Of a stretch of 64,000 nt of DNA, positions 8,019-17,378 are shown one piece after another. The stretch is taken from NCBI GenBank assembly GCA_965198235.1, contig OZ240248.1, positions 1,472,001-1,536,000 on the forward strand, given 5' to 3'. Both the position numbers and the translations under genes were made by a program. The stretch's first letter is position 1. Each line of letters starts with the position of its first letter. The notes beneath the pieces were generated by a model. It made no database searches. It worked only from the letters and a program-made list of their open reading frames with translations, and was not told where the DNA came from. This DNA comes from Candidatus Poribacteria bacterium. Its GTDB lineage: Bacteria; Poribacteria; WGA-4E; WGA-3G.

Positions 8019-8946
8019 TACAATCGCACAAATCGCAGTTATCGGTGCAGGACTGATGGGACACGGCATCGCGCAGGAGTTTGCAAGCGCGGGATACCGC
8101 GTCCATTTGCACGATGTCACCAACGAGCAACTCGAAATCGCTCTCACCCAAATTGAGCAAAATCTAAATGTACTCGCTGCAAATGCCATTATTCAAGAGG
8201 ACGGTATTTTCCAAACCCTACAGCGAATTCAGACCTCTACAGAACTCGAAGCAGTCGCAGAAGATGCAGACTTTGTAGTGGAAGCCATTACTGAGAATTT
8301 GGCACTAAAACAGCAGATATTCGGTAAATTAGACACAATATGTCCACCGCACACAGTTTTGGCGAGCAATACGACGGCATTAATGCCGAGCCAAATCGGT
8401 GTAGACGCGAAACGCAAGGATCAGATACTCAATACCCACTATTTTAATCCACCTTATCTGATTCCGCTCGTCGAACTAATTCGTAGTCCTGATACATCTG
8501 ATGAAACGGTTGAAGTGACGTTTGAACTCCTAACAACGATCGGTAAAACACCTGCAATTATTGAAAAAGAAGCACTCGGTTTCGTTGGACCGCGACTGCA
8601 AGCCGCTTTGATTCGGGAAGCGTTCGCTATTGTGGAGCAAGGTATCGCCAGCGCAGAGACCGTGGATCTCGTTGTACGCAACAGTTTTGGACGAAGACTC
8701 AGCGTCGCCGGTCCCTTTGAGGTCTTTGAACTCGCAGGGTGGGACCTCGTCCTTGCCGCTTTTGAAGAACTCTATAAGGATCTCAACAGTTCATCTGACA
8801 TCAATCCGCTCCTCCGACAGATGGTTGAATCCGGTAAACTCGGCGTAAAATCTAAGAAAGGCTTCTACAGTTGGACGGATAAGGAGATACAGCAGCTTCG
8901 GGAACGAATGAATCATGCTTTGATACAGCAAGCAAAAGATGCGTAA
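8008..8946 (+). CDS. 3-hydroxyacyl-CoA dehydrogenase family protein
   Basis: GAGLMGHGIA Rossmann motif, VEAITE, LASNT, HYFNPP. Confidence 0.9.
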   Translation: MTTDTIAQIAVIGAGLMGHGIAQEFASAGYRVHLHDVTNEQLEIALTQIEQNLNVLAANAIIQEDGIFQTLQRIQTSTELEAVAEDADFVVEAITENLALKQQIFGKLDTICPPHTVLASNTTALMPSQIGVDAKRKDQILNTHYFNPPYLIPLVELIRSPDTSDETVEVTFELLTTIGKTPAIIEKEALGFVGPRLQAALIREAFAIVEQGIASAETVDLVVRNSFGRRLSVAGPFEVFELAGWDLVLAAFEELYKDLNSSSDINPLLRQMVESGKLGVKSKKGFYSWTDKEIQQLRERMNHALIQQAKDA

Positions 8947-9646
8947 GGTAGCAGACAAACTCCACTCGATTTCTGTCCACAAAAAGCGTCGCGTTATATT
9001 ACTGCTTGTGGTGCTGATTGGGTTAGTCCTTGGTGGAGTCTATCATAGACAAGTTTGGGAATATTTCCTCGAGCTCATCGCAGCTTTTCAGAGTATCGAG
9101 ACAGCGCGAGCGTACATCGCGAGTTATGGCGCACTCGCGCCTGTTGTATCGGCGATACTCATGGTCTTTCAGAGCGTGATTGCGCCTTTGCCAGCGTTTT
9201 TGATTACCTTTGCAAACGGCACACTCTTTGGGTTTTGGTGGGGTTCACTTTTGTCATGGAGTAGTTCGATGGTTGGCGCGGCGTTCTGCTTCTATATTGC
9301 CCGCTATCTCGGTATTCAACGTGTTACGCAACTCATCAGTCAACCGGCAGTTGAAAAGGCAAATGATTTCGTTGAAAAATATGGCATTTACGCTATTCTT
9401 ATTGCTCGCTTAATTCCGTTCATCTCTTTTGATGTTATCAGCTATTTTGCAGGAGCAACCCGGATGCGGTTTCTCGGATTTTGGGTTGCCACTGGGATCG
9501 GTCAAATGCCAGCCACCTTGGTTTATTCTTACCTCGGTGAGAGTGCATCGCCACACATCAAATGGATTCTTTTCGTTTTTGGTATCGTCATCGCGATCTC
9601 AATTGTAAGATGGCTCCTGAAAACCCGAACTTTTAGGGAAGATTAA
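8939..9646 (+). CDS. TVP38/TMEM64 (DedA/VTT) membrane protein
   Basis: FQSVIAPLPAFLITFANG and ARLIPFISFDVISY motifs; hydrophobic. Confidence 0.88.
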   Translation: MRKVADKLHSISVHKKRRVILLLVVLIGLVLGGVYHRQVWEYFLELIAAFQSIETARAYIASYGALAPVVSAILMVFQSVIAPLPAFLITFANGTLFGFWWGSLLSWSSSMVGAAFCFYIARYLGIQRVTQLISQPAVEKANDFVEKYGIYAILIARLIPFISFDVISYFAGATRMRFLGFWVATGIGQMPATLVYSYLGESASPHIKWILFVFGIVIAISIVRWLLKTRTFRED

Positions 9647-9768
9647 GTGGGAGGGCTTGGAAACCCCTCCCACAAAGATTTGAGGTGGAGTCATCGGAGT
9701 TGGAAACCCCTCCCACAAAGATTTGAGGTTAAACCCTCTCCTACAACCATTACCAAAGGAGATTCAAA

Positions 9769-10743
9769 ATGGTTCGCATAGGTGTAGTCGGAGTCGGTGG
9801 CATGGGAAACGCCCATTGCAACTCGCTCCCTAATGTTGAAAATTGTGAATTTGTAGGTGTAGCAGATCTCCGCTTGGACGCAGCAGAGGCTGTCGCCCAA
9901 CAGCATCAGATTCGCGCGTTCCAAGACTATCACAAATTATTTGATGTTGTGGACGCTATTGTTGTCGCAACACCGCCTATCGCACATACACAGGTAGTCG
10001 TTGATGCCGCTGAAGCAGGAGTGCATGCTTTCTGCGAAAAACCGCTCTCATTGACGCTTGCCGAGGCAGATACGATGATTGAGGCATCGGATAAGGCGGG
10101 GACGCACCTGATGGTAGGGCAGGTGTTACGCTTTTATCCTGTCCACGAACTCGGTAGACAGATGGTCGATGCTGGCGATATTGGCGACATTACCTATATC
10201 GAAACCGATTACACGGGTCCCTATAATGCCCCGCGCAATCGTCCCGAAAGTTGGTACGGCACTGTCGGTGGACTTCTGGAAAACGGCATCCACAAATCCG
10301 ATCTGATTAATTGGTTCGGTGGCACTGCACTCACTGTTGCTGCCGAGGTGGGCAGCTTCTCTGGGCATGACGATTGGGAAGATTACACCGTCTCGCTCAT
10401 CCGTTACGATTCCGGAGCGGTGGGGATTTTACGATGGGGCGGCTTCCTCGGCGCACGAGGCACCAACGAAACCATTATTGACGGCTCCGAAGGCTCGCTC
10501 CGCTTAGATATGGCAGCCGATCTCGCCTATCACAAAAAGCGAGGCGACGAGTGGAGAGAAATCGTTCCTGACCGAGATGGACCGCACGGGGTCGTCGGTG
10601 AATTAACCCATTTTGTCAACTGTGTCCGAGATAACAAAACGCCTATGATTGACGGTAGGGGTGGAAAACACGCCGTAGAGGTCGTTTTGGCGACCTATCA
10701 ATCTGCGAAAGAGAAAACCAAGGTTGCTCTGCCGATGCAGTAA
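9769..10743 (+). CDS. Gfo/Idh/MocA oxidoreductase
   Basis: GVVGVGGMG, CEKP, GGLLENGIH. Confidence 0.9.
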   Translation: MVRIGVVGVGGMGNAHCNSLPNVENCEFVGVADLRLDAAEAVAQQHQIRAFQDYHKLFDVVDAIVVATPPIAHTQVVVDAAEAGVHAFCEKPLSLTLAEADTMIEASDKAGTHLMVGQVLRFYPVHELGRQMVDAGDIGDITYIETDYTGPYNAPRNRPESWYGTVGGLLENGIHKSDLINWFGGTALTVAAEVGSFSGHDDWEDYTVSLIRYDSGAVGILRWGGFLGARGTNETIIDGSEGSLRLDMAADLAYHKKRGDEWREIVPDRDGPHGVVGELTHFVNCVRDNKTPMIDGRGGKHAVEVVLATYQSAKEKTKVALPMQ

Positions 10744-10906
10744 GAGTGTTGGGCTATTGGCTTTCAGTATTCTGCCATCCACGGTTTCTGTTTTTCAATA
10801 ATGGAACCATCGGTTATCAGTTGCCAGTGGGGTCGTGAGGCTTAGCGGGCATCAGGGACTTCTTTAACCGATAACTGACCGCTGATAACTGACTACTATA
10901 TTAAAA

Positions 10907-11776
10907 ATGCTCTTCCTTATTCTCAATATTGTCCTGCTCTCCGGATTCGGGCTCTTTCTCAAACATGCCAAAGATAATCAACAACGCTTAAACCCAATCG
11001 GTTTTGTCAATTACCTCAGTGCTTTTTTCATCAGCGTCTGGGTCCTGTCACAGGAACAGGATTTTGAGTTCTCAAAGTTAACCTTCGTGTTAGGTATATC
11101 AAACGGTGTGACGTACGCTGCCGGGTTTGAGTTGTTTACGCTTGGGATCCGACTCAGTGGGATTGTCGTCACCGCCGCGCTCGTCAGACTATCCATCGTG
11201 ATACCGATTTTGGTGTCGATGCTGTTCTGGAAAGAGATTCCCAATCTGTGGCAAACTGTAGGGCTTCTCTTAACTTTCGTGGCGATTCCACTCCTCAGCC
11301 AGCGGGAAAAAGAACCGACTTATAAATTTACACCTGACAGACCGGAAGTGAATCAAGGTTTGGGATTCGCCGTCGTTATCACTATTCTGGTTATCACCGG
11401 CATTTCGCGACTCACCATGAAAGCCTTCAACGAGATGTGTCCTGTTGATGAGAAATCGCTCTATATGAGTCTGCTTTTCGGTGTCGCCACACTTATTTAT
11501 TTCGGGATATGCCTCTATCAGAGAACATGGCCGAATTGGTGGGAGGTCTTCTACGGTACGTTGATAGGTATCTGTAATGTCGCTGGAAGTTGGGCACTCC
11601 TCATCGCACTGGACAAGGTGAGCGCGTTGATTGCCTTTCCGATGTCAAGTTCCGGGGGCGTGCTGTTTACGATGTTCGTTGGCATGGTATTCCTCCGTGA
11701 GCGGTTGGGGCGAATTCCTCTCATCGGCGCGGTACTCGCAATGATCGCACTGATTTTCGTCAATTTGAAGCTCTGA
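10907..11776 (+). CDS. DMT/EamA family transporter
   Basis: About 10 TM helices in two repeats; ends FLRERL. Confidence 0.8.
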   Translation: MLFLILNIVLLSGFGLFLKHAKDNQQRLNPIGFVNYLSAFFISVWVLSQEQDFEFSKLTFVLGISNGVTYAAGFELFTLGIRLSGIVVTAALVRLSIVIPILVSMLFWKEIPNLWQTVGLLLTFVAIPLLSQREKEPTYKFTPDRPEVNQGLGFAVVITILVITGISRLTMKAFNEMCPVDEKSLYMSLLFGVATLIYFGICLYQRTWPNWWEVFYGTLIGICNVAGSWALLIALDKVSALIAFPMSSSGGVLFTMFVGMVFLRERLGRIPLIGAVLAMIALIFVNLKL

Positions 11777-11849
11777 CTCACGGTCTTGAGGATCTCACAA
11801 TCCAGAATCCGCTTCTACCTCGAATTAAGGCTGTAGAGCAAAGACAAAT

Positions 11850-11878
11850 TTGACTTTGGACGCAAAATGTGGTATCAT
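11850..11878 (+). promoter_or_regulatory. Sigma70-type promoter
   Basis: TTGACT-17 nt-TATCAT with TG; near-identical copy at 46397-46425. Confidence 0.6.
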
Positions 11879-11906
11879 TTATCAAAAATAGGGATTCTGA
11901 AGAAGA

Positions 11907-12383
11907 ATGCGAGAGAGCGTAGAGCTTGTCATCCGAGGTGTCCATCTGATAGCGGCGATAGTCTGGTTCGGGGGTGTTATCTTTTCTACCTTCGTCGCGA
12001 TACCGATTCTACAGCGCAACTTACCGCCGCAAAACCTGTTAGCAATTCACAATCGTTTTCGGGTCTTAATACGGTTGATGATTCATGTTCTACTGACGAC
12101 GGGCGCGATGGTATTTTTTATTGTTGCATGGAATAATGGCTTTTTTGCAGGGGATAGTGATGGTAATTTCAGATCCTATATGTTAGCTTTTGTCGCGAAG
12201 CTTGCGGCGTTTGGCGTAATGACACTCTTTTGGGGGGTGTACAGCTCGGTCTATCGGCGGCACCTCGAAATCACCCCGCCTGATGCAGATGCGCAGTCTC
12301 ATCATAATCCCTATATCAACGTCTGGAAAAGTCTGATGTTGGTAGCAGGCTTAATTGTTTTCGCACTCACATTGCTATTGTAG
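11907..12383 (+). CDS. CopD/DUF4149-like four-TM membrane protein
   Basis: RGVHLIAAIVWFGG N-terminal motif; four hydrophobic helices. Confidence 0.6.
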   Translation: MRESVELVIRGVHLIAAIVWFGGVIFSTFVAIPILQRNLPPQNLLAIHNRFRVLIRLMIHVLLTTGAMVFFIVAWNNGFFAGDSDGNFRSYMLAFVAKLAAFGVMTLFWGVYSSVYRRHLEITPPDADAQSHHNPYINVWKSLMLVAGLIVFALTLLL

Positions 12384-12482
12384 TTTCGACGGAGCCTTTA
12401 ATTATTAAGTAGTGTGTTGATATACATCGAAAACCCGTTTTTGACATCGGAAAAAACGGAGCAAAAACCAGTCGTTAAAAAA

Positions 12483-13847
12483 ATGCAAAATACAAAAGTT
12501 CAGGCAGTTTCATGGAATATTACCCGATTGTGTAATCTAAAGTGTACACACTGCTATCTTCCAGCCGGATTTGTTGATACAAACGAGTTGGCAAATGGAG
12601 ACTTCCACCTATCCGATATTCAAGGCTCACATGAATACTCCAGGGATGCGGAATTAAGCCAGGCACAATGTTTTCGCGTTATTGATGAAATCGCCGAAAT
12701 CAATCCGCACATCCTCCTTATTCTCACTGGTGGTGAACCTCTATTACGCCCGGATATCTTGGAGATATCGAAATATGCCTCCGATACCGGGTTTCTTGTT
12801 GTAATGGGTACAAACGGTGTTTTGTTGAACGATAGCGTCGTTGAAAAGATGCAGCAGCACGGTGTCACCGGTGCAGGCATTAGTCTTGACTCTATCCAAC
12901 CTACGAACCACGATCGGTTTCGAGGGATGGAGGGTGCGTGGAAAGCGACGATGAACGGTGTAGAGGCACTCAAACGCGCACAACTCGATTTCCTCGTTCA
13001 GACCTCCGTAACGCAGTGGAATTACGATGAAATTCCAGAAATTGTGGAGTTCGCGTATCAACTCGGTGCGAAGGTGCTAAATCTCTACTTCCTTGTCCGA
13101 ACCGGAAGGGGTAAGACGGTGATGGACATTACACCAGCGCAATATGAGAAGATGCTTGAGACACTTTTCAAGTTGCAGGCAGCTTATGCTGGAAAAATGC
13201 TCATCGCCGCGAAATGCGCACCGCACTACAAACGCGTCATCTATGAACAACAGTCTGACTCTGCGTTTCTTCAGGGATACCCCAGTGGTACCTGCCCATG
13301 TGGAATTTACTACTGCCGTATCACACCTGAAGGCGAACTGACCCCTTGTCCCTATCTACCTGTTAGCGTCGGTAACCTCAAGGATGAGAGTTTTGTCAAA
13401 CTCTGGAATGCGTCAGAAACCTTCCAAAACTTACGGAATCGAGATTTGCTTGAAGGGAAGTGCGGCGCGTGTGAATTCAGAGAGGTGTGCGGCGGCTGTA
13501 GGGCACGTGCCTATGCAACGACCGGCAACTATCTCGCCGAAGACGCGTCGTGTGAATATCAGCCCGGACAAAGAAGCGAGGTTTCAAACCTCGCCAGCGT
13601 CACACCGCCTGTTCAAATAGAGAAAAAGATTGCTTTCGCAACGGAAATCGATTACGATTTACAGTGGATGCCGGCAGCAGAAGAGAGATTGAAGCGGGTA
13701 CCCTCGTTTGCACGTGGGATGGTAGTCAAAAGCGTTGAAAGATACGCACGCGAACACGGTCATCGCGAGGTTACCCCTGAACTGATGCAAGCTGTCAAGA
13801 AACGATTTGATAAAACCGGTATTCCATCCTTCAGACCGAAACGCTAA
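12483..13847 (+). CDS. Radical SAM/SPASM protein (NirJ/AhbC/AhbD-like) with a C-terminal PCP_red-like domain
   Basis: WNITRLCNLKCTHCY (CxxxCxxC), TGGEPL, SPASM CGACEFREVCGGCRARAY, C-terminal W..AAEERLKRVPSFARGMV; start moved past the upstream repeat. Confidence 0.85.
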   Translation: MQNTKVQAVSWNITRLCNLKCTHCYLPAGFVDTNELANGDFHLSDIQGSHEYSRDAELSQAQCFRVIDEIAEINPHILLILTGGEPLLRPDILEISKYASDTGFLVVMGTNGVLLNDSVVEKMQQHGVTGAGISLDSIQPTNHDRFRGMEGAWKATMNGVEALKRAQLDFLVQTSVTQWNYDEIPEIVEFAYQLGAKVLNLYFLVRTGRGKTVMDITPAQYEKMLETLFKLQAAYAGKMLIAAKCAPHYKRVIYEQQSDSAFLQGYPSGTCPCGIYYCRITPEGELTPCPYLPVSVGNLKDESFVKLWNASETFQNLRNRDLLEGKCGACEFREVCGGCRARAYATTGNYLAEDASCEYQPGQRSEVSNLASVTPPVQIEKKIAFATEIDYDLQWMPAAEERLKRVPSFARGMVVKSVERYAREHGHREVTPELMQAVKKRFDKTGIPSFRPKR

Positions 13848-13904
13848 TGTAAGATAGTAGGCACACTCCGTTGTGCCGTCGCAACAACCATAGAGGAAAC
13901 TTAT

Positions 13905-14630
13905 ATGCTCACAACGGAACAGATAACATTTTTTCAGGAACATGGATACCTGATTCTTGAAAACTTCATTGATTCGGAGATAGTTGATGGATGGCGGACA
14001 CAGGTATGGGAGCATTTTAATTCCAGCTTGGAAACGCCGGAGACGTGGCCCAACGACTATGAGATTCAGGGATTCAGCTTCTCGCCGTTATTTGGACACC
14101 TACCTGTGATGCAGGAGATTACCGAGCAACTCGGTGGTGGACAATTTTTTACAGGCGGTGGCGGCTCACCAATTATCAAGTGGCCCAATCCTGAAGAAAA
14201 GTGGGCAATGCCCACGGACGGACACATCGATGCGTATGGTGCTGTCGCTGGCTGGAGTCCCTTTATGCTGGGTGCAACAACCTATCTCTATGATGCTGAA
14301 CCCAAGGGTGGTGCGTTCATCTTTTGGCCCCGAAGTCACCAGTCAACGCACAAGTACTTCCTCCAATATCCGGAGCAGATAGACGGCAGTTTCTACGATA
14401 TTGAGGGTTGGGATTGGCACGTACTTGCGGATTTATCCCCAGAGGGACCTCATGAGTTTATCGGTGCTGCGGGTGATGTTGTGCTGTGGCACGCGTTTCT
14501 CTGCCACACCGGGTCAGCAAATGTGAAAGATGTTCCTCGTTTTGGTCTCTTCGCACGGTATGCACATGAAAAACGGGAGGAGATTAAATACGAAATTCCA
14601 GAAGACCTCTGGAAATATTGGGCAATTTAA
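13905..14630 (+). CDS. Phytanoyl-CoA dioxygenase (PhyH) family
   Basis: LTTEQITFFQEHGYL, HID, WPRSH, GDVVLWHAFLCH. Confidence 0.85.
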   Translation: MLTTEQITFFQEHGYLILENFIDSEIVDGWRTQVWEHFNSSLETPETWPNDYEIQGFSFSPLFGHLPVMQEITEQLGGGQFFTGGGGSPIIKWPNPEEKWAMPTDGHIDAYGAVAGWSPFMLGATTYLYDAEPKGGAFIFWPRSHQSTHKYFLQYPEQIDGSFYDIEGWDWHVLADLSPEGPHEFIGAAGDVVLWHAFLCHTGSANVKDVPRFGLFARYAHEKREEIKYEIPEDLWKYWAI

Positions 14631-14683
14631 GGAGTGGTTGTCAGTTATCAGCCATCAGCCCTTTACTGGTAGAGGAAATTTGT

Positions 14684-15403
14684 ATGCTTACAGCAGAACA
14701 GATAGCATTTTTTCAGGAACATGGGTACTTAATCCTTAAAGGTTTAATCGATCCTGAAGTAATTGATAGATGGCGGACACAGGTATGGAAGCATTTTAAT
14801 TCCAGTTTGGAAACACCGGACACATGGCCCAACGATTACGTGGTGCAGAATTTCAGTTTCTCGCCATTGTTTGGACAACTGCCTGTGATGCAGGAGATTA
14901 CCGAGCAGCTCGGTGGCGGGCAATTTACAGGTGGTGGTGGTTCACCGCTCGTCAAATGGCCCAACCCTGAAGAAGAGTGGACAATGCCCGGTAGTGGACA
15001 CATCGATGCTTACGGTCCCGGTGGCTGGAGCCCTTTTATGCTGGGGGCAACAACCTACCTCTATGATGTCGAACCCGGCGGCGGTGCGTTCATCTTTTGG
15101 CCCCGAAGTCACCAGTCAACGCACAAGTACTTCCTTCAATATCCGGAGCAAATTGATGGCAGTTTCTACGATATTGAGGATTGGGGATGGCATGTGCTTT
15201 CGGATTTATCACCAGAGGGACCTTGTGAGTTTATCGGTGCCACGGGTGATGTTGTGTTGTGGCACGCGTTTTTGTGCCATACCGGTTCAGCGAATGTCAA
15301 AGATGTTCCCCGTTTTGGAATCTTCGCACGCTACTCCCATAAAAAACGGGAGGAGATTAAATACGAAATTCCAGAAGACCTCTGGAAATATTGGGTTATT
15401 TGA
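14684..15403 (+). CDS. PhyH family dioxygenase, tandem paralog of 13905-14630
   Basis: Near-identical sequence to the preceding gene; start at the ATG after GAGG. Confidence 0.85.
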   Translation: MLTAEQIAFFQEHGYLILKGLIDPEVIDRWRTQVWKHFNSSLETPDTWPNDYVVQNFSFSPLFGQLPVMQEITEQLGGGQFTGGGGSPLVKWPNPEEEWTMPGSGHIDAYGPGGWSPFMLGATTYLYDVEPGGGAFIFWPRSHQSTHKYFLQYPEQIDGSFYDIEDWGWHVLSDLSPEGPCEFIGATGDVVLWHAFLCHTGSANVKDVPRFGIFARYSHKKREEIKYEIPEDLWKYWVI

Positions 15404-15447
15404 GCAATGGCTGTCAGCCATTAGTTATCAGTTCTTGATCAGAGGGC

Positions 15448-15718
15448 GTAAGCCCAAGCAACGCGCCGGGCTGGATATACGGGAAGGAACGTTCTCGTAA
15501 AATCCATCCTCACCGAACCGCAAGGTAAGTTAGAAGAATGTAAGCCCAAGCAACGCGCCGGGCTGGATGTCCGGGAAGGGGCGTTCTCGTAAAACCCGTC
15601 CTCACCGAACCGCAAGGTAAAATAAAAAAATGTAAGCCCAAGCAACGCGCCGGGCTGGATGTCCGGGAAGGAACGTTCTCGTAAAACCCGTCCTCACCGA
15701 ACCGCAAGGTAAATTTAA
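15448..15718 (+). repeat. Three tandem 92-bp copies of repeat family A
   Basis: Units start at 15448, 15540 and 15632 (GTAAGCCCAAGCAACGCGCCGGGCTGGAT...ACCGAACCGCAAGGTAA). Confidence 0.9.
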
Positions 15719-15732
15719 AATAGGAGTGAAAA

Positions 15733-16146
15733 ATGAACGAACAAACAAATTCACACGAGCGGCTTACGAATGTAGAAGAACGCTTGACACGTCTGGAAAG
15801 TCTGCTCGTCAGTATCAACGAAAAGTTGGAGCAGCGTTCCGATGTCGGTGAAGTTGATACCGAGAAGGCTGAAGAGTTCAGGCAGTGGGTGACGAATTAC
15901 GTCTCGATGCGACTGCAGCAACTCGTGCCAGAGACCTGCGACCACCCTGATGAAGTCTCACTTCAGGACGGTCCTTTCCTTGATAACACCACAGTGCCTT
16001 GTACGGAGGAAGTCGAGCATCGGGTTAAGCGGATACCAATTCCGTTTGTCCGTGAGATGGTTGTCCAGCGTGTCGCTGAAAATGCACGACAAGCCGGTAT
16101 TGAACGTGTGGATATTGAGTTTTTCGAGAAAGCGGCGACATTTTGA
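15733..16146 (+). CDS. Coiled-coil protein with a C-terminal PCP_red-like domain
   Basis: RBS AGGAG; N-terminal heptads; C-terminal RVKRIPIPFVREMVVQRV. Confidence 0.65.
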   Translation: MNEQTNSHERLTNVEERLTRLESLLVSINEKLEQRSDVGEVDTEKAEEFRQWVTNYVSMRLQQLVPETCDHPDEVSLQDGPFLDNTTVPCTEEVEHRVKRIPIPFVREMVVQRVAENARQAGIERVDIEFFEKAATF

Positions 16147-16359
16147 CAATGCGAAGCCACGGAGGAGTTTCCTCTGCCCAATTTTGATTGGAAGGACTTC
16201 TTAAAGGCACCACTGTAGAGAGAACAATCTTAACCGTACATGTTCCCAACCCTGTTGCGATTCACCGAAAACCATCGTGGAACGAAATTATGCCTTAAAT
16301 GGCATAATTTGTCTTTGCTTTACATTTGGAACGATGCCCAGGAGACCATAATTAAAAAA

Positions 16360-16740
16360 ATGGAATGGGTTTTCAACACCTTCTCAGAATATCTTGAGAA
16401 TGACTTTAAAAAACGCATCGGGAAACTGGATCCCACTGTTGCGGACCTTTGGCAAGCCTTTCAGGTGCTTTTTCCTGCTACGTCGGCACAGTTACTCGTG
16501 CAAGAACCTGTCGGCAATACAGTACGGTTTAAACCGCTCGCCTTCTATCACGCAGACGAAATGGGTCCGTTGATTGAAGCCCCGTTGGAGTATCTCAGGA
16601 AAAATTTCGGGGGCGGCAAATTCAAAATCAACTTCTATCACGGTATGCAGTTCATCGCGACCATTAATTTCAAACCAGAGGGCCCTGAAATCTGGCGCGA
16701 GCTACCTGAGTTGGAAGGAAACCCCGTTTCCGATCAATAA
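16360..16740 (+). CDS. Hypothetical protein
   Basis: Protein-like ORF; the first 40 codons of the ORF-track call come from a repeat, so start moved to 16360. Confidence 0.6.
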   Translation: MEWVFNTFSEYLENDFKKRIGKLDPTVADLWQAFQVLFPATSAQLLVQEPVGNTVRFKPLAFYHADEMGPLIEAPLEYLRKNFGGGKFKINFYHGMQFIATINFKPEGPEIWRELPELEGNPVSDQ

Positions 16741-16916
16741 CGCTAACGAAGTTCCGCTACTGAAGCACAATTTATCTTTCTATTACATTCTGCAACTACG
16801 GTTAGAAATCGGTAAACCTGATTAACAACTGATGTTATGTCCACCACGGCGTACATCACGAGGACAATAGACGAAATTGTGCTACTCAAACACAATTTCT
16901 CTTTGCTATACATTTC

Positions 16917-17351
16917 ATGAGCCAGCAACAGGAATTTGGGGCATGCCCCTCGTGTGGAAATGCGAACCTCCGTCGGTTGGATGATAATTCATGGTTCTGT
17001 TTGGATTGTGACTGGGATAACTTAAATGTCATTTCCAAAGGGAACGACGAATTGCTCTCCTCTCTCCTTCACGGAGACATCCATTCGCGGCGGCTCGCCG
17101 CGCAGGCGTTGATTAATATCGGCGACGCTGACCGACATCTTGCCTCTTCAACGGATACAAATGCACTACTGGAAGCACTGGACGACGAAGATGCCGATGT
17201 ACGCTACTTCGTCGCGGTTGCCCTCGGTAAACTGGAAGTGAGCCTCAGTCTCAGCAAACTTAAACAACTCGCCCGAGACGATGCCTCCGCACTCGTGCGG
17301 GAAGGGGCTAAGACCGCTGTTGAGTTGATAGAATCGCGCCAGTTGTCTTAA
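16917..17351 (+). CDS. Zinc-ribbon plus HEAT-repeat protein
   Basis: CPSCG...CLDCDW, followed by LLEALDDEDADVRYFVAVALG HEAT repeats. Confidence 0.8.
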   Translation: MSQQQEFGACPSCGNANLRRLDDNSWFCLDCDWDNLNVISKGNDELLSSLLHGDIHSRRLAAQALINIGDADRHLASSTDTNALLEALDDEDADVRYFVAVALGKLEVSLSLSKLKQLARDDASALVREGAKTAVELIESRQLS

Positions 17352-17378
17352 AGGCTATCGGTTATCGGCCATCAGCCC

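Noticed and set aside
9648-9745. Possible mini CRISPR (30-bp direct repeat twice)
   Set aside because: Only two copies with a very short gap, embedded in a REP-type palindrome
15448-15718. Tandem repeats as a CRISPR array, and the ORFs over them
   Set aside because: Units are 92 bp (154 bp at 17379) with no unique spacers, and belong to a dispersed family
16240-16359. N-terminal extensions in the ORF track (also 12414, 14618, 24653-25519, 34427)
   Set aside because: The extensions run through intergenic repeats; downstream ATGs fit the family N-termini better
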